Positions 44,844 to 53,783 of a stretch of 64,000 nt of DNA are shown here, one piece after another (position 1 is the stretch's first letter; the number at the start of each line of letters is the position of its first letter). Below the pieces are notes generated by a model. The model was not told where the DNA came from, made no database searches, and was given only the letters and a program-made list of their open reading frames with translations. The DNA is from an uncultured Actinomycetes bacterium. Its GTDB lineage: Bacteria; Actinomycetota; Actinomycetes; S36-B12; UBA10799. The position numbers were made by a program, and so were the translations under genes. The stretch spans positions 177,278-241,277 of the forward strand of contig CAVVYM010000004.1 in NCBI GenBank assembly GCA_963752505.1. The letters are read 5' to 3'.

Positions 44844-45871
44844 TCCCCAACTCCGTTCTCGTGCATATGGGCGGCCAAGGTGTAGAGCGCCCCGACATCT
44901 ATCCCCTCGGACAGGTATGGCAGTTCGATCATCGGACGCCCGGTGGCCTGCAGCCGCGCGCGCTCCTGCGTCTCCAATGCCACCCGTTCGGCGTGTTCGG
45001 CGGCCTCGTGCGCCAACGCGTCGGCCCACGCGGCCACGCGTTTGGTGCGCCTGCCGCTGGGGGGCGCCAACCCGGCATCCACCAGCCCCTGGGCGATGTG
45101 GTTCTGATCGAGGCTCCCGGCAGCAGCTTCTGCGAGTGCCTCCGGCGGTAGCAGCGGCTGTCGCACCAGGTTGACGAAGATCCCGCCGACCGGCAGTTCG
45201 GCTGCTCGGAGATCGGCAATGCCGTCCACCGTCTCCTGCACCGGCATCTCCTCCAGGAGTGTCACCAGGTGAACCGTGGTGATGCGCGACTTGATCACGC
45301 CCATCACGGCATCGGCCTGGTTGCGGATGGGCCCCACTTTGGCCAAGCCGGCCACCTCGGCGTTCACGTTGAGGAATCGAGCCACGCGGCCGGTGGGCGG
45401 GGCATCCATCACGACGGCGTCGTAGACGAATCGACCTTGCGCATCCTTGCGCTTGGTGGCCTCCATCGCCTTACCGGTGAGGAGCACATCGCGCACCCCC
45501 GGTGCGATGGTCGTCGCGAAGTCAATGGCGCCCAGGCGTCGCAGCGCGTTGCCAGCCCGACGCATGTTGTAAAACAACTCGAGGTACTCCAGCAGCGCTG
45601 CTTCGGGATCGACTGCGAGGGCGATCACGTCCCCGCCATGCGGCGCGATGGCCACCTTGCGCTCCTCGTACGGCAGCGGCGGAACGTCAAACACCCGGGC
45701 GAGGCCTTGGCGGCCTTCGACCTCCAACAAGAGCGTGCGCTTGCCGCCGGCGGCAAGCGCAAGCGCCAGCGCCGCGGCGACCGTGGTCTTCCCCGTGCCG
45801 CCCTTGCCGGAAACGACGTGCATCCGTGCTTCGGACAGGTCGGCCCAACGGCCAACCGACTCCAGATTCAT
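44840..45871 (-). CDS. ArsA/Get3-like ATPase
   Basis: MNLESVGRWADLSEARMHVVSGKGGTGKTTVAAALA has the P-loop. It forms a pair with the downstream paralog. Confidence 0.8.
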   Translation of the reverse strand: MNLESVGRWADLSEARMHVVSGKGGTGKTTVAAALALALAAGGKRTLLLEVEGRQGLARVFDVPPLPYEERKVAIAPHGGDVIALAVDPEAALLEYLELFYNMRRAGNALRRLGAIDFATTIAPGVRDVLLTGKAMEATKRKDAQGRFVYDAVVMDAPPTGRVARFLNVNAEVAGLAKVGPIRNQADAVMGVIKSRITTVHLVTLLEEMPVQETVDGIADLRAAELPVGGIFVNLVRQPLLPPEALAEAAAGSLDQNHIAQGLVDAGLAPPSGRRTKRVAAWADALAHEAAEHAERVALETQERARLQATGRPMIELPYLSEGIDVGALYTLAAHMHENGVGE

Positions 45872-45923
45872 CGCTGCCACATTGGCGAGCCTAGCCCGCA
45901 CGGGGGCAATAGGCTTGTGCAGT

Positions 45924-46079
45924 ATGACGACTTGGGAGTACCTCACCGCACCTTTGCTGATTCACAACACGAAAGCCATTCTGGATAATTTCGGCCTCGA
46001 CGGGTGGGAACTGGTGCAGATCGTGCCCGGTCCGAATCCGGAGTCGCTGGTCGCCTACTTCAAGCGTCCACGCGCATGA
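45924..46079 (+). CDS. DUF4177 domain-containing small protein
   Basis: 51 aa: MTTWEYLTAPLLIHNTKAILDNFGLDGWELVQIVPGPNPESLVAYFKRPRA. Its stop overlaps the next ATG. Confidence 0.6.
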   Translation: MTTWEYLTAPLLIHNTKAILDNFGLDGWELVQIVPGPNPESLVAYFKRPRA

Positions 46080-46561
46080 GCCACCACGGGCGCGATCGGG
46101 CGCAGGTGGTGACGGCACTGGCTGCCGCCAACCGCGTGCTGCCGGCGGTGACACCGCCGCTGGCCGACTACCAGCCGGCGGTGCGCACCCCTGATCTGGT
46201 CTACACGGCCGGGCAACTGCCGATCGCCGACGGCGTCATCACGCCTGTCGGCCTCGTCGGTTCGGCAGCCGTGGGCGTCGAAGCGGCCGCGGCGGGGGCC
46301 GGCCACGCTGCGCTGAGCGCGATCGCCGCCGCCTTCGGGGTGGTGGCCGAGATCGAGCTCATCCGGCCGGTCAAAGTGACCGTGTTCGTGGCGATTGAAC
46401 CGGGATTCGTCGACATCCCATTAGTGGCCGACGGCGCCTCCGCGGTTTTCGGCGCCGCATTCGACCTGCCGCACGCGCGCAGTGCGGTGGGCGTTGCAGG
46501 GCTGCCCAAGGGCGCTGCAGTGGAAGTCGAAGCGATTTTCGCGGTCGCCGGACTTGGCTGA
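46076..46561 (+). CDS. RidA/YjgF family protein
   Basis: DLVYTAGQLP....G and the C-terminal RSAVGVAGLPKGAAVEVEAIFAV are typical of RidA-like proteins. Confidence 0.6.
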   Translation: MSHHGRDRAQVVTALAAANRVLPAVTPPLADYQPAVRTPDLVYTAGQLPIADGVITPVGLVGSAAVGVEAAAAGAGHAALSAIAAAFGVVAEIELIRPVKVTVFVAIEPGFVDIPLVADGASAVFGAAFDLPHARSAVGVAGLPKGAAVEVEAIFAVAGLG

Positions 46562-47289
46562 TGGGATCGCTGCCCAGCGTGTCGGAGCGACTGCGCGCGA
46601 TCATCGAGGGTGACCGGGAGGTTTGGCGGCCGCCGACGCCACGGCGGGCGGCGACGGTCGCGCTGTTGCGTGATTCGCCCGACGGGCTCGCCGTCTACCT
46701 GCTGCGGCGATCGGCCACAATGGCCGCAGCCCCGCAGATGCACGTCTTCCCGGGCGGCGGCGTGGCCCCGTCCGACGGCCCCCTCGATGGTCCGACGACC
46801 ACGAGGGCGGCGGCAGTACGAGAACTCGCCGAGGAGACCGGTGTGCACCTTCCCGACGACTGGGGCCCGATGATCCGCTTCTCGCGTTGGATCACTCCGG
46901 AGGTGCTGCCGCACCGGCACGACACCGACTTCTTCGCCACCGCCTTGCCGCCGGACCAGGAACCGCAACTCGTGGGCACCGAGGCCAGTTTCGCCGAGTG
47001 GCTGCGGCCGGCCCAGGCGTTGGCGCAGGCCGATGCGGGGCGGATCGGCTTGCTGCCTCCCACGTGGGCCGCGCTGTTCCTGCTCACCAAGTTCGCGTCG
47101 GTGGCCGGGGCGCTGTCCGGTCTGCAGGGGCGGCGCGTGCTGCCCCTCATGCCCGCGCCGATCAGAACCGACGACGGGTTCGGTTGGGAGTTGCGCGATT
47201 GCGATCAGCAGCGGGTGATCACCGACCCGTCCGAAGCCGACCTGCCCGCGGACTGGCGCCCGGTCCCGCCGATGGGTGGGCCCAGATGA
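46561..47289 (+). CDS. NUDIX hydrolase
   Basis: Nudix box GGGVAPSDG......AAVRELAEETGV. The start overlaps the previous stop. Confidence 0.7.
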   Translation: MGSLPSVSERLRAIIEGDREVWRPPTPRRAATVALLRDSPDGLAVYLLRRSATMAAAPQMHVFPGGGVAPSDGPLDGPTTTRAAAVRELAEETGVHLPDDWGPMIRFSRWITPEVLPHRHDTDFFATALPPDQEPQLVGTEASFAEWLRPAQALAQADAGRIGLLPPTWAALFLLTKFASVAGALSGLQGRRVLPLMPAPIRTDDGFGWELRDCDQQRVITDPSEADLPADWRPVPPMGGPR

Positions 47290-48164
47290 ACGCCGAGATG
47301 CACCCGGAGGCGTCGCTGGGGATCCCGCGGGACGGTAGCCACCTCGAAAGGGTGGCTGCCGGCGTGCTGCGTATCCGAGCGAACAATCCAGGTCCGATGA
47401 CGTTGGACGGCACCAACACGTGGGTGTTGCACGAGCCCGAGTCGGATTCGGCGGTCGTGATCGACCCCGGCCCGGCGCTGGCAGCCCACGCCGCCACCAT
47501 CCGCGCCGTGCTGGCGGAGCACGGTCTGGGCGTCGAGGCCGTGTTGCTCACGCATACCCACCTGGATCACAGCGAATTGGCCCGCGAGTTCGCCGCCGCC
47601 GTTCGGGCCCCGTTGCGCGCCGCGGAACCGGAGTGGAGCACCGGCGCCCGGCTCACCGACCAGGAGCGGATCCCGGCCGCCGGGCTGGATATGCAGGTGC
47701 TCGCGACACCTGGGCATTCGTCGGACTCAGTCAGCTTCGCCGCTGGCCGGTATCTGCTCACCGGTGACACGGTGCTGGGCTACGGCACCACCGTGGTCGC
47801 GCATCCCGACGGCAGGTTGGCCGACTACCTGCAGTCCCTCGAGCGCCTGCAAGGGTGGGTGGCCGCCAACGACGTCGCCGCGCTGCTCCCGGGGCACGGG
47901 CCGGTGATTGAGGATCCGGCAGGACGGCTTGAGTTCTACGCTTCTCACCGCCGCGAGCGCCTCGCAGCGGTCGCGGCGGTCATGCGCGAATTGGCGCCGC
48001 ACGGTGGCGAGCTGACTGACGCTGACCTCGAAACTGCGGTTGATGCCATCGTTGCGCGGGTCTACTCAGACGTACCGCGGCATCTTTGGCCGGCTGCCGC
48101 GCTCAGCGTGCGGGCGCAGGTGCGCTACTTGGCCGAGGACTCGGCGGCGAACCCCGACGCGTGA
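47286..48164 (+). CDS. MBL-fold metallo-hydrolase
   Basis: LLTHTHLDHS, TPGHSSDS and LPGHG motifs. ATGA overlap with the NUDIX gene. Confidence 0.8.
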   Translation: MNAEMHPEASLGIPRDGSHLERVAAGVLRIRANNPGPMTLDGTNTWVLHEPESDSAVVIDPGPALAAHAATIRAVLAEHGLGVEAVLLTHTHLDHSELAREFAAAVRAPLRAAEPEWSTGARLTDQERIPAAGLDMQVLATPGHSSDSVSFAAGRYLLTGDTVLGYGTTVVAHPDGRLADYLQSLERLQGWVAANDVAALLPGHGPVIEDPAGRLEFYASHRRERLAAVAAVMRELAPHGGELTDADLETAVDAIVARVYSDVPRHLWPAAALSVRAQVRYLAEDSAANPDA

Positions 48165-48165
48165 A

Positions 48166-48840
48166 CTAACGGGACCGACGTGCCAGACGCTCGGTATCGA
48201 TGAGCACCACGGAGCGGGATTCGAGTTTGATCCAGCCGCGGGTGGCGAAGTCGGCCAGCGCCTTGTTCACTGTCTCGCGCGAGGCCCCCACGAGTTGCGC
48301 GAGTTCCTCCTGAGTCATGTCGTGGGTCACGTGCACGCCGTCTGGCATCTGTTGGCCGAACTTGTCGCCGAGTTCGAGCAGCGCCTTGGCGACCCGGCCA
48401 GGGACGTCGGAGAACACCAGATCCGCCAGCGCATCGTTGGTGCGGCGCAGCCGCTGGGCGAGTGCCTGCAGCAGCGACTCGGCCACTTCGGGTCGGCCGG
48501 TGAGCCAGGGGCGCAGGGCGCCGTGGCCGAGGCCGAGGGCGGTGAGGTCCGTCAGCGCAACGGCGGTGGCGGTGCGCGGCCCGGGGTCGAACAGGGACAG
48601 TTCCCCGAGGAGTTCACCGGGCCCGAGAACCGCGAGAATGCTCTCTCGGCCGTCCGGGGCGGTGTGACCGAGTTTCACCTTCCCGCCGGTGATGATGTAC
48701 ATGCGGTCGCCGAGCTGACCCTCGTGGAAGAGAACGTCCCCTTTGGCGATGGTGATGTTCTCCATCGATGCCCGCAGCGCTGCGGAAGCCTCTGCGTCCA
48801 GAGCGGCGAAAAGCGGTGCGGAACTAAGAACGTCGTCCAT
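48166..48840 (-). CDS. crp: Crp/Fnr family cAMP-responsive transcriptional regulator
   Basis: 224 aa with a cNMP-binding domain (GDRMYIITGGKVKL, GELSLFD) and the C-terminal HTH TQEELAQLVGASRETVNKALADF. Very similar to mycobacterial Crp / corynebacterial GlxR. Confidence 0.9.
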   Translation of the reverse strand: MDDVLSSAPLFAALDAEASAALRASMENITIAKGDVLFHEGQLGDRMYIITGGKVKLGHTAPDGRESILAVLGPGELLGELSLFDPGPRTATAVALTDLTALGLGHGALRPWLTGRPEVAESLLQALAQRLRRTNDALADLVFSDVPGRVAKALLELGDKFGQQMPDGVHVTHDMTQEELAQLVGASRETVNKALADFATRGWIKLESRSVVLIDTERLARRSR

Positions 48841-48953
48841 CTGGGCAGGACTCCTCTCGATTGTGCTCCATGAGTAGCACGTTCAGCGCGCCGTTGCCTG
48901 GCCTGCGGCCACCGCAACGACCAACGAATCTTTGCCCGTCCGGCTACCGCGGG

Positions 48954-49466
48954 TCACGGCAGCGCGGTCAAGGCGAGACTCGGATCCTCGCGATAGCGCG
49001 CGATGAGTTCACCGTGCAGGGCATCGATCTGCTGGTGCAGCATGCGCCGGTGGTTCGACAGATCCCGCTCGATTGCGGACAGCCGGCTCAAGTAGTCCGG
49101 CATCTCCTCTGGCCGGGGCGACGACTGCCAGAGCTCGTCGAGTTCGGGCAGTGGTGGTGTGGTGTCGGCGGGAAACAGATCGAGGTTCGCGATGCGACGG
49201 CCCCGGCTGGGGGCATCGGCGAGGGCCTGGGAGAGGCGCTCCCGGTCCTCCGGCTGCTGGCCCTGCTGGGCAAGGTCCATCCGGGCCTGCACCAGACGCC
49301 GCCAGTACGACACCCGCGTCTCGTAGTCGGTCAGTTCCGCCCGCAGAGCGCGTAGGTCCGCCAGCGTGTACTTCGAGAACTCCTGAGCCGGCTCGGGCGG
49401 TGGCACCGCGAGACGTGCCTTCTTGCGTGCTGCACGTTGTGCAGCGGCGTCGTCGGACTCGGTCAT
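48954..49466 (-). CDS. RsiG-like protein (candidate c-di-GMP-binding anti-sigma factor)
   Basis: The internal ATG gives a 170-aa helical protein. Residues 49-64 are ETRVSYWRRLVQARMD, matching E-x3-S-x2-R-x3-Q-x3-D. Residues 133-148 are ERDLSNHRRMLHQQID, the same pattern with H in place of Q. Confidence 0.55.
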   Translation of the reverse strand: MTESDDAAAQRAARKKARLAVPPPEPAQEFSKYTLADLRALRAELTDYETRVSYWRRLVQARMDLAQQGQQPEDRERLSQALADAPSRGRRIANLDLFPADTTPPLPELDELWQSSPRPEEMPDYLSRLSAIERDLSNHRRMLHQQIDALHGELIARYREDPSLALTALP

Positions 49467-49484
49467 AGTGCATAGGGTGGCACA

Positions 49485-50234
49485 GTGATGGAATCCGCTG
49501 CCACGCTTGGGCCGACGCCCACCGGCGAGTCGCGGCTGGCGCTCGTGCGTCGGGCACGCCGGATCAACCGCCTCCTCGCCGAGGCCTACCCGGATGCTTG
49601 TTGCGAGCTCACCTTCACCGATCCGCTGCAACTGCTCGTGGCCACGATTCTGAGCGCCCAGTGCACAGATGTGCGGGTCAACCAGGTCACACCTGCGCTC
49701 TTTGACCGGTACGCCACCGCCGCGGACTACGCGGCGGCCGATCAGGCCGAGCTGGAGTCGTTCATCAGGTCCACCGGCTTCTACCGCAACAAGGCGACGA
49801 ACATCATTGGGATGGCGCAGGCGGTGTGCGCCGACCACGCCGGAGCCGTGCCGTCGTCGATGGCTGAACTCGTGGCGCTGCCAGGCGTGGGCCGCAAGAC
49901 CGCGAACGTTGTGCTCGGGAATGCCTTCGAGACCCCCGGCATCACCGTGGACACCCACGTGGGTCGGTTGGCGCGCCGGCTCGGATGGACCGACAACACA
50001 GATCCGGTCGCAGTGGAGAAAGACCTGTGCGCTCTTTTCCCAAAATCGGAATGGACCATGCTCTCGCATCGGTTGATCTTCCACGGCCGGCGGTGCTGCA
50101 AGGCCCGAACCCCGGCGTGTGGGGTGTGTCCGGTGGCGAAGTACTGCCCCTCGTACGGGATCGGACCGACGGATCCGCAGCGGGCGGCAGGCATCGCCTC
50201 GGCGCCGCAGGTGAACAGTGACGACGGAGAATAG
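49485..50234 (+). CDS. nth: endonuclease III
   Basis: [16 protein letters not shown], Hh[14 protein letters not shown], and the Fe-S cluster C-x6-C-x2-C-x5-C ([17 protein letters not shown]). Confidence 0.9.
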   Translation: MMESAATLGPTPTGESRLALVRRARRINRLLAEAYPDACCELTFTDPLQLLVATILSAQCTDVRVNQVTPALFDRYATAADYAAADQAELESFIRSTGFYRNKATNIIGMAQAVCADHAGAVPSSMAELVALPGVGRKTANVVLGNAFETPGITVDTHVGRLARRLGWTDNTDPVAVEKDLCALFPKSEWTMLSHRLIFHGRRCCKARTPACGVCPVAKYCPSYGIGPTDPQRAAGIASAPQVNSDDGE

Positions 50235-50246
50235 ATCGAGGAGCGG

Positions 50247-50930
50247 TTGCGGCTTCGATTCCCTACGACCAGGAGGCTGGCGGTGAACCACCTGCTGGGG
50301 GCAGTCCTGGGGGCGGCTGCTGCCGTGGTCGTCGCCGGCTGCGGCGCCCAGGATGGGCTTGGTGCGGCCGGCGACGCCACCGCACAGCCGCCGTCGCCCA
50401 CCATTGCGGCGAGTGCGGCAACAACGGGCGAGACCGGTACGGCCGACGATGTGGCCCAAGCCGGCATCCCGTGCCCGCCCACCGAGTCGACCAAGGCGGC
50501 GGTCACCGATGGCCTACCGGATACTGCTCTGCCCTGCCTGGGCCCCGGGCCCGACGTCGTGCTCTCGGCCCTCCCACCGAAGCCAGCCGTGGTGAACGTC
50601 TGGGCCACCTGGTGTGCGCCGTGTCGTACTGAGATGCCCCTGCTCGCCGACCTGGCCGTAGCTGCCCAGGACTCGTTGACCGTGCTGGGCATCGACGTCC
50701 TCGACGACCGCGCGGCTGCGACGGCCTTCGCCGCAGATGTCGGCATCGCGTCGGTGTTCGATCCGACCGGTAGCACCCGCAGTTCATTGGGCTGGACCGG
50801 ACCGCCGGTGACGTACTTGGTCGCGGCAGACGGCAGGATCGTGCACCGGATCTACGGCCAGATTCCCGATTCGCAGTCCTTGCGGGCCGATGTGGCGCAA
50901 TATTTGGGCGTGGAGGTGGGAGATGGCTGA
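50247..50930 (+). CDS. TlpA-family thiol-disulfide oxidoreductase (membrane/lipid anchored)
   Basis: N-terminal signal with AGC, and the thioredoxin motif WATWCAPCRTEMP. Confidence 0.75.
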   Translation: MRLRFPTTRRLAVNHLLGAVLGAAAAVVVAGCGAQDGLGAAGDATAQPPSPTIAASAATTGETGTADDVAQAGIPCPPTESTKAAVTDGLPDTALPCLGPGPDVVLSALPPKPAVVNVWATWCAPCRTEMPLLADLAVAAQDSLTVLGIDVLDDRAAATAFAADVGIASVFDPTGSTRSSLGWTGPPVTYLVAADGRIVHRIYGQIPDSQSLRADVAQYLGVEVGDG

Positions 50931-51570
50931 TGCGACAGTGCCCATGCCCGACTGGATGCACACGCTGGCAGCAGGAGTCAGCGGCGCCCTGCCGTCGCAA
51001 CTGACGCGATTCGCGCTGCCGTCGGATCAGACCGGTCGACCATCGGCAGTGCTCATGCTCTTCGGGGAGGGCGAGCAGGGCCCCGATCTGCTGCTGACCC
51101 GGCGGGCGACCGCCATGCGCTCGCACTCCGGCCAGCCGGCATTCCCCGGTGGGGCTTTCGATCCGGACGACGCGGACGCGCGCGCCTGCGCGCTGCGCGA
51201 AGCGAACGAGGAGGTAGGAGTCGATCCGGACTCGGTGGTGACGGTCGCGGAACTGCCGCCGATCTGGGTCCCGGTAACCGGCTTTCTGGTGACGGCGGTG
51301 CTCGGTTGGTGGGCCGAACCGGGGCCGGTGGCCGCGCAGGAGTCGGAAGTGGCCTCGGTGCACCGGGTGCCGGTCGCGCAACTCGCGGACCCCGAGCGCC
51401 GGGTGCGCGTACGCCATCCATCCGGCTACATCGGGCCTGGCTTCGACGTCGCGGACATGGTGGTGTGGGGATTCACCGGCGGACTGACCGACGCTTTGAT
51501 CAGAATGGGCGGGTGGGAACGGCCCTGGCTTCCGGGCCGGCTGGTGGACATTGACTCGGAGTTGACATGA
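50923..51570 (+). CDS. NUDIX hydrolase (CoA pyrophosphatase-like)
   Basis: SAVLMLF....LLLTRRA..MRSHSGQPAFPGG and REANEEVGV. The ATG overlaps the tlpA-like stop. Confidence 0.7.
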   Translation: MADATVPMPDWMHTLAAGVSGALPSQLTRFALPSDQTGRPSAVLMLFGEGEQGPDLLLTRRATAMRSHSGQPAFPGGAFDPDDADARACALREANEEVGVDPDSVVTVAELPPIWVPVTGFLVTAVLGWWAEPGPVAAQESEVASVHRVPVAQLADPERRVRVRHPSGYIGPGFDVADMVVWGFTGGLTDALIRMGGWERPWLPGRLVDIDSELT

Positions 51571-52763
51571 ATATCGTGGACTGGCTGGTGGTTGGCGCCG
51601 TGCTGGTCTTCGCGTTGGTCGGGTGGCGCACCGGATTCATCCAGGGTCTGCTCGGTTTCGTCGGATTCGTCGGCGGTGCAGTGCTGGCCGCGAAACTCCT
51701 GCCGGGAGTCACCAGCGGCGTCGCCCCCGACGGACCGCTGGCGGCGATCCTGCTCATCGCACTGGTACTGATTGCCGGCATGCTGGGCCAGGCGCTGGGC
51801 GCGCTCATCGGCAGCCACGCCCGCGATGTGCTGCCTTGGGATCCGGCCCGATGGGTCGACAGCCTGTTGGGCGCCGCCCTCGCCGCGGCAGGTGCCATCG
51901 TGGCGGCCTGGGCCATCGCCTCCATCGTCCTCTCCCTGCCCGAGAACGCGACCACGGCCGCGGTACGCACCTCTTCGGTGTTGGCTGCGGTTGACCAGTC
52001 CGTGCCGGACGGGGCGAAACGGGCCCTCAGCGATGTGGCCGGCATGGTCACCGAATCGGGATTGCCGATCGTGGTGGGGGGCTTCACCGACGAGCCCATC
52101 GGCCGCGCCGCGCCTTCTGAGCTTGAAGCGAGCACGCCCGGAGTCACGGCCATGCTGGGGTCGGTGGTGAAGGTCTCTGGCAACAAGGCCGGGTGTGGCA
52201 CCGGGGCGACCGGCTCCGGCTACGTCTCGACTCCCGAGCACGTCACCACCAACGCGCACGTGGTCGCGGCCATGCCCGAGCCCAGGATCACCACCGACGA
52301 CGGTGAGACCTACCGAGGGACCGTCGTCGCCTTCGATCCGGGGCTTGACGTCGCAGTGATCTACGTTCCCGGGCTGCCCCTGGCGGCCATCCCCACCAAC
52401 ACCACAGCGGGCAGCGGTACCAAGGCCGCGGTGGTGGGCTACCCGCTGGGAGGCGATCTGACGGTCACCGGGGCGGTAGTCCGAGCGTCGTTGGCGTCCG
52501 GTCAAGCCCTCGCGATGGACATCTACGGCCAGCCAGCGGCCCCCAGAGAGGCCTACGTGCTCAACGCGCAAGTGCAGCCCGGCAACTCCGGTGGGCCGCT
52601 CGTGGCCGAGGACGGGTCGATCATCGGCCTGGTGTTCGCGAAGGCGCTGGAGGATCCGGGCGTGGGCTACGCCCTGACCGCGGAGCAGTTCCGCGGGGTG
52701 TCGCGGGCGGCCGGGCAGGCAACGTTGCCGGTGGACACCGGCCCCTGCCTGGTGGCGAACTAG
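51567..52763 (+). CDS. marP: MarP family serine protease (CvpA-like TM domain + trypsin-like domain)
   Basis: Four N-terminal TM segments (MNIVDWLVVGAVLVFALVGWRTGF). Protease motifs TNAHVV, D(VAV) and GNSGGPL. 398 aa, in the same position as Rv3671c. Confidence 0.8.
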   Translation: MNIVDWLVVGAVLVFALVGWRTGFIQGLLGFVGFVGGAVLAAKLLPGVTSGVAPDGPLAAILLIALVLIAGMLGQALGALIGSHARDVLPWDPARWVDSLLGAALAAAGAIVAAWAIASIVLSLPENATTAAVRTSSVLAAVDQSVPDGAKRALSDVAGMVTESGLPIVVGGFTDEPIGRAAPSELEASTPGVTAMLGSVVKVSGNKAGCGTGATGSGYVSTPEHVTTNAHVVAAMPEPRITTDDGETYRGTVVAFDPGLDVAVIYVPGLPLAAIPTNTTAGSGTKAAVVGYPLGGDLTVTGAVVRASLASGQALAMDIYGQPAAPREAYVLNAQVQPGNSGGPLVAEDGSIIGLVFAKALEDPGVGYALTAEQFRGVSRAAGQATLPVDTGPCLVAN

Positions 52764-52788
52764 CGGCGACTACCCGGGCTAGCGGCGA

Positions 52789-53739
52789 CTACCCGGGGAT
52801 GAGCGGGTCGTCATCAGGCTCGTCGCACCAGTCCATGCCCGATTCCATCCACGCCAGCACGGCGTTTGCTGTTCGATCCGGTGCCTCCTCGTGCACGAAG
52901 TGGCCCACGTCGTCGAGGAGCCGCCAAGCGTAGGGACCACGGGTGAACTGCCGTGATCCCACCGCCGTGCGGGGTAGCACCGTCCGGTCCTGGGCTCCGT
53001 GCAGTTGCAGCACCGGCGCCGGGATCGACGCCCGGCTCACCATCTCGATGAACCTCCGCCCGTCGGTTCGCGGTATCGAGCGCAGCGCCCAGCGGTGGTA
53101 CTCCAGCGCGCAGTGAGCGGTGTTGGCGTGCTGAAACGCCCGCCGGAACTGCTCGGAGACGTCCGGCGGGGGCCAGTTGGGCGTCGCTGACCAATCCCGC
53201 AGGTAGCCGCCGACCTTGCTGGCATCGTCAGCGACGAGCGCCCGCTCAGGTAGCCAGGGCCGCTGAAACCCGACTGCGTAGGACGACGCGCGCAGCTGGC
53301 CCCGGTCCGAGACGATCGCGTCGCGCAGCCTGCGCGGGTGCGCCATCGAGATCGGCACCAGTCCGCGCACCGCATCGGGGTGCAGCGCTGCCGTGGTCCA
53401 CCCGAGGAACCCGCCCCATCCGTGGCCGACCACGAGCGCATCGGCATAGCCGAGCGACCGAATGACACCCACCACGTCGCCGCTGGTGGTGAAGGGGTCA
53501 TAGCCGCGGGGGGTGTGGTCGCTACCACCGTAGCCCCGCAGGTCCATGGCGGCGACGCGCACGCCGGTGGCTGCCAGCGCGGGGATGAGCTGTCGCCACG
53601 TCCACCAGTAGGTGGGGAAGCCGTGGAGTAGTAGCACCAGCGGGCCGTCGCCAGCTATCGCGACGTGAAAGCTTGCGCCGTTTGCCGAGACCTGTGCGTG
53701 TTCCCAGGGTCCCGCGGGCCGGATGATGTCACCTGCGAT
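52789..53739 (-). CDS. alpha/beta hydrolase (epoxide hydrolase-like)
   Basis: LLLHGFPTYWWTWRQL and nucleophile elbow VGHGWGG. No ATG/GTG/TTG occurs between the GAAGGAGG site and the conserved core. 53739 is an ATC codon 6 nt after GGAGG, so the start is unresolved. Confidence 0.7.
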   Translation of the reverse strand: MAGDIIRPAGPWEHAQVSANGASFHVAIAGDGPLVLLLHGFPTYWWTWRQLIPALAATGVRVAAMDLRGYGGSDHTPRGYDPFTTSGDVVGVIRSLGYADALVVGHGWGGFLGWTTAALHPDAVRGLVPISMAHPRRLRDAIVSDRGQLRASSYAVGFQRPWLPERALVADDASKVGGYLRDWSATPNWPPPDVSEQFRRAFQHANTAHCALEYHRWALRSIPRTDGRRFIEMVSRASIPAPVLQLHGAQDRTVLPRTAVGSRQFTRGPYAWRLLDDVGHFVHEEAPDRTANAVLAWMESGMDWCDEPDDDPLIPG

Positions 53740-53783
53740 GAGGTGCCTCCTTCGTCCGGGCGAGGATTCGACTATCGGACAGG

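Noticed and set aside
48863-48880. GTGCT-N8-AGCAC palindrome 23-40 nt upstream of crp as an autoregulatory Crp site.
   Set aside because: The half-site sequence and spacing deviate from the Crp consensus. The arms are short (5 bp), so chance occurrence is plausible.
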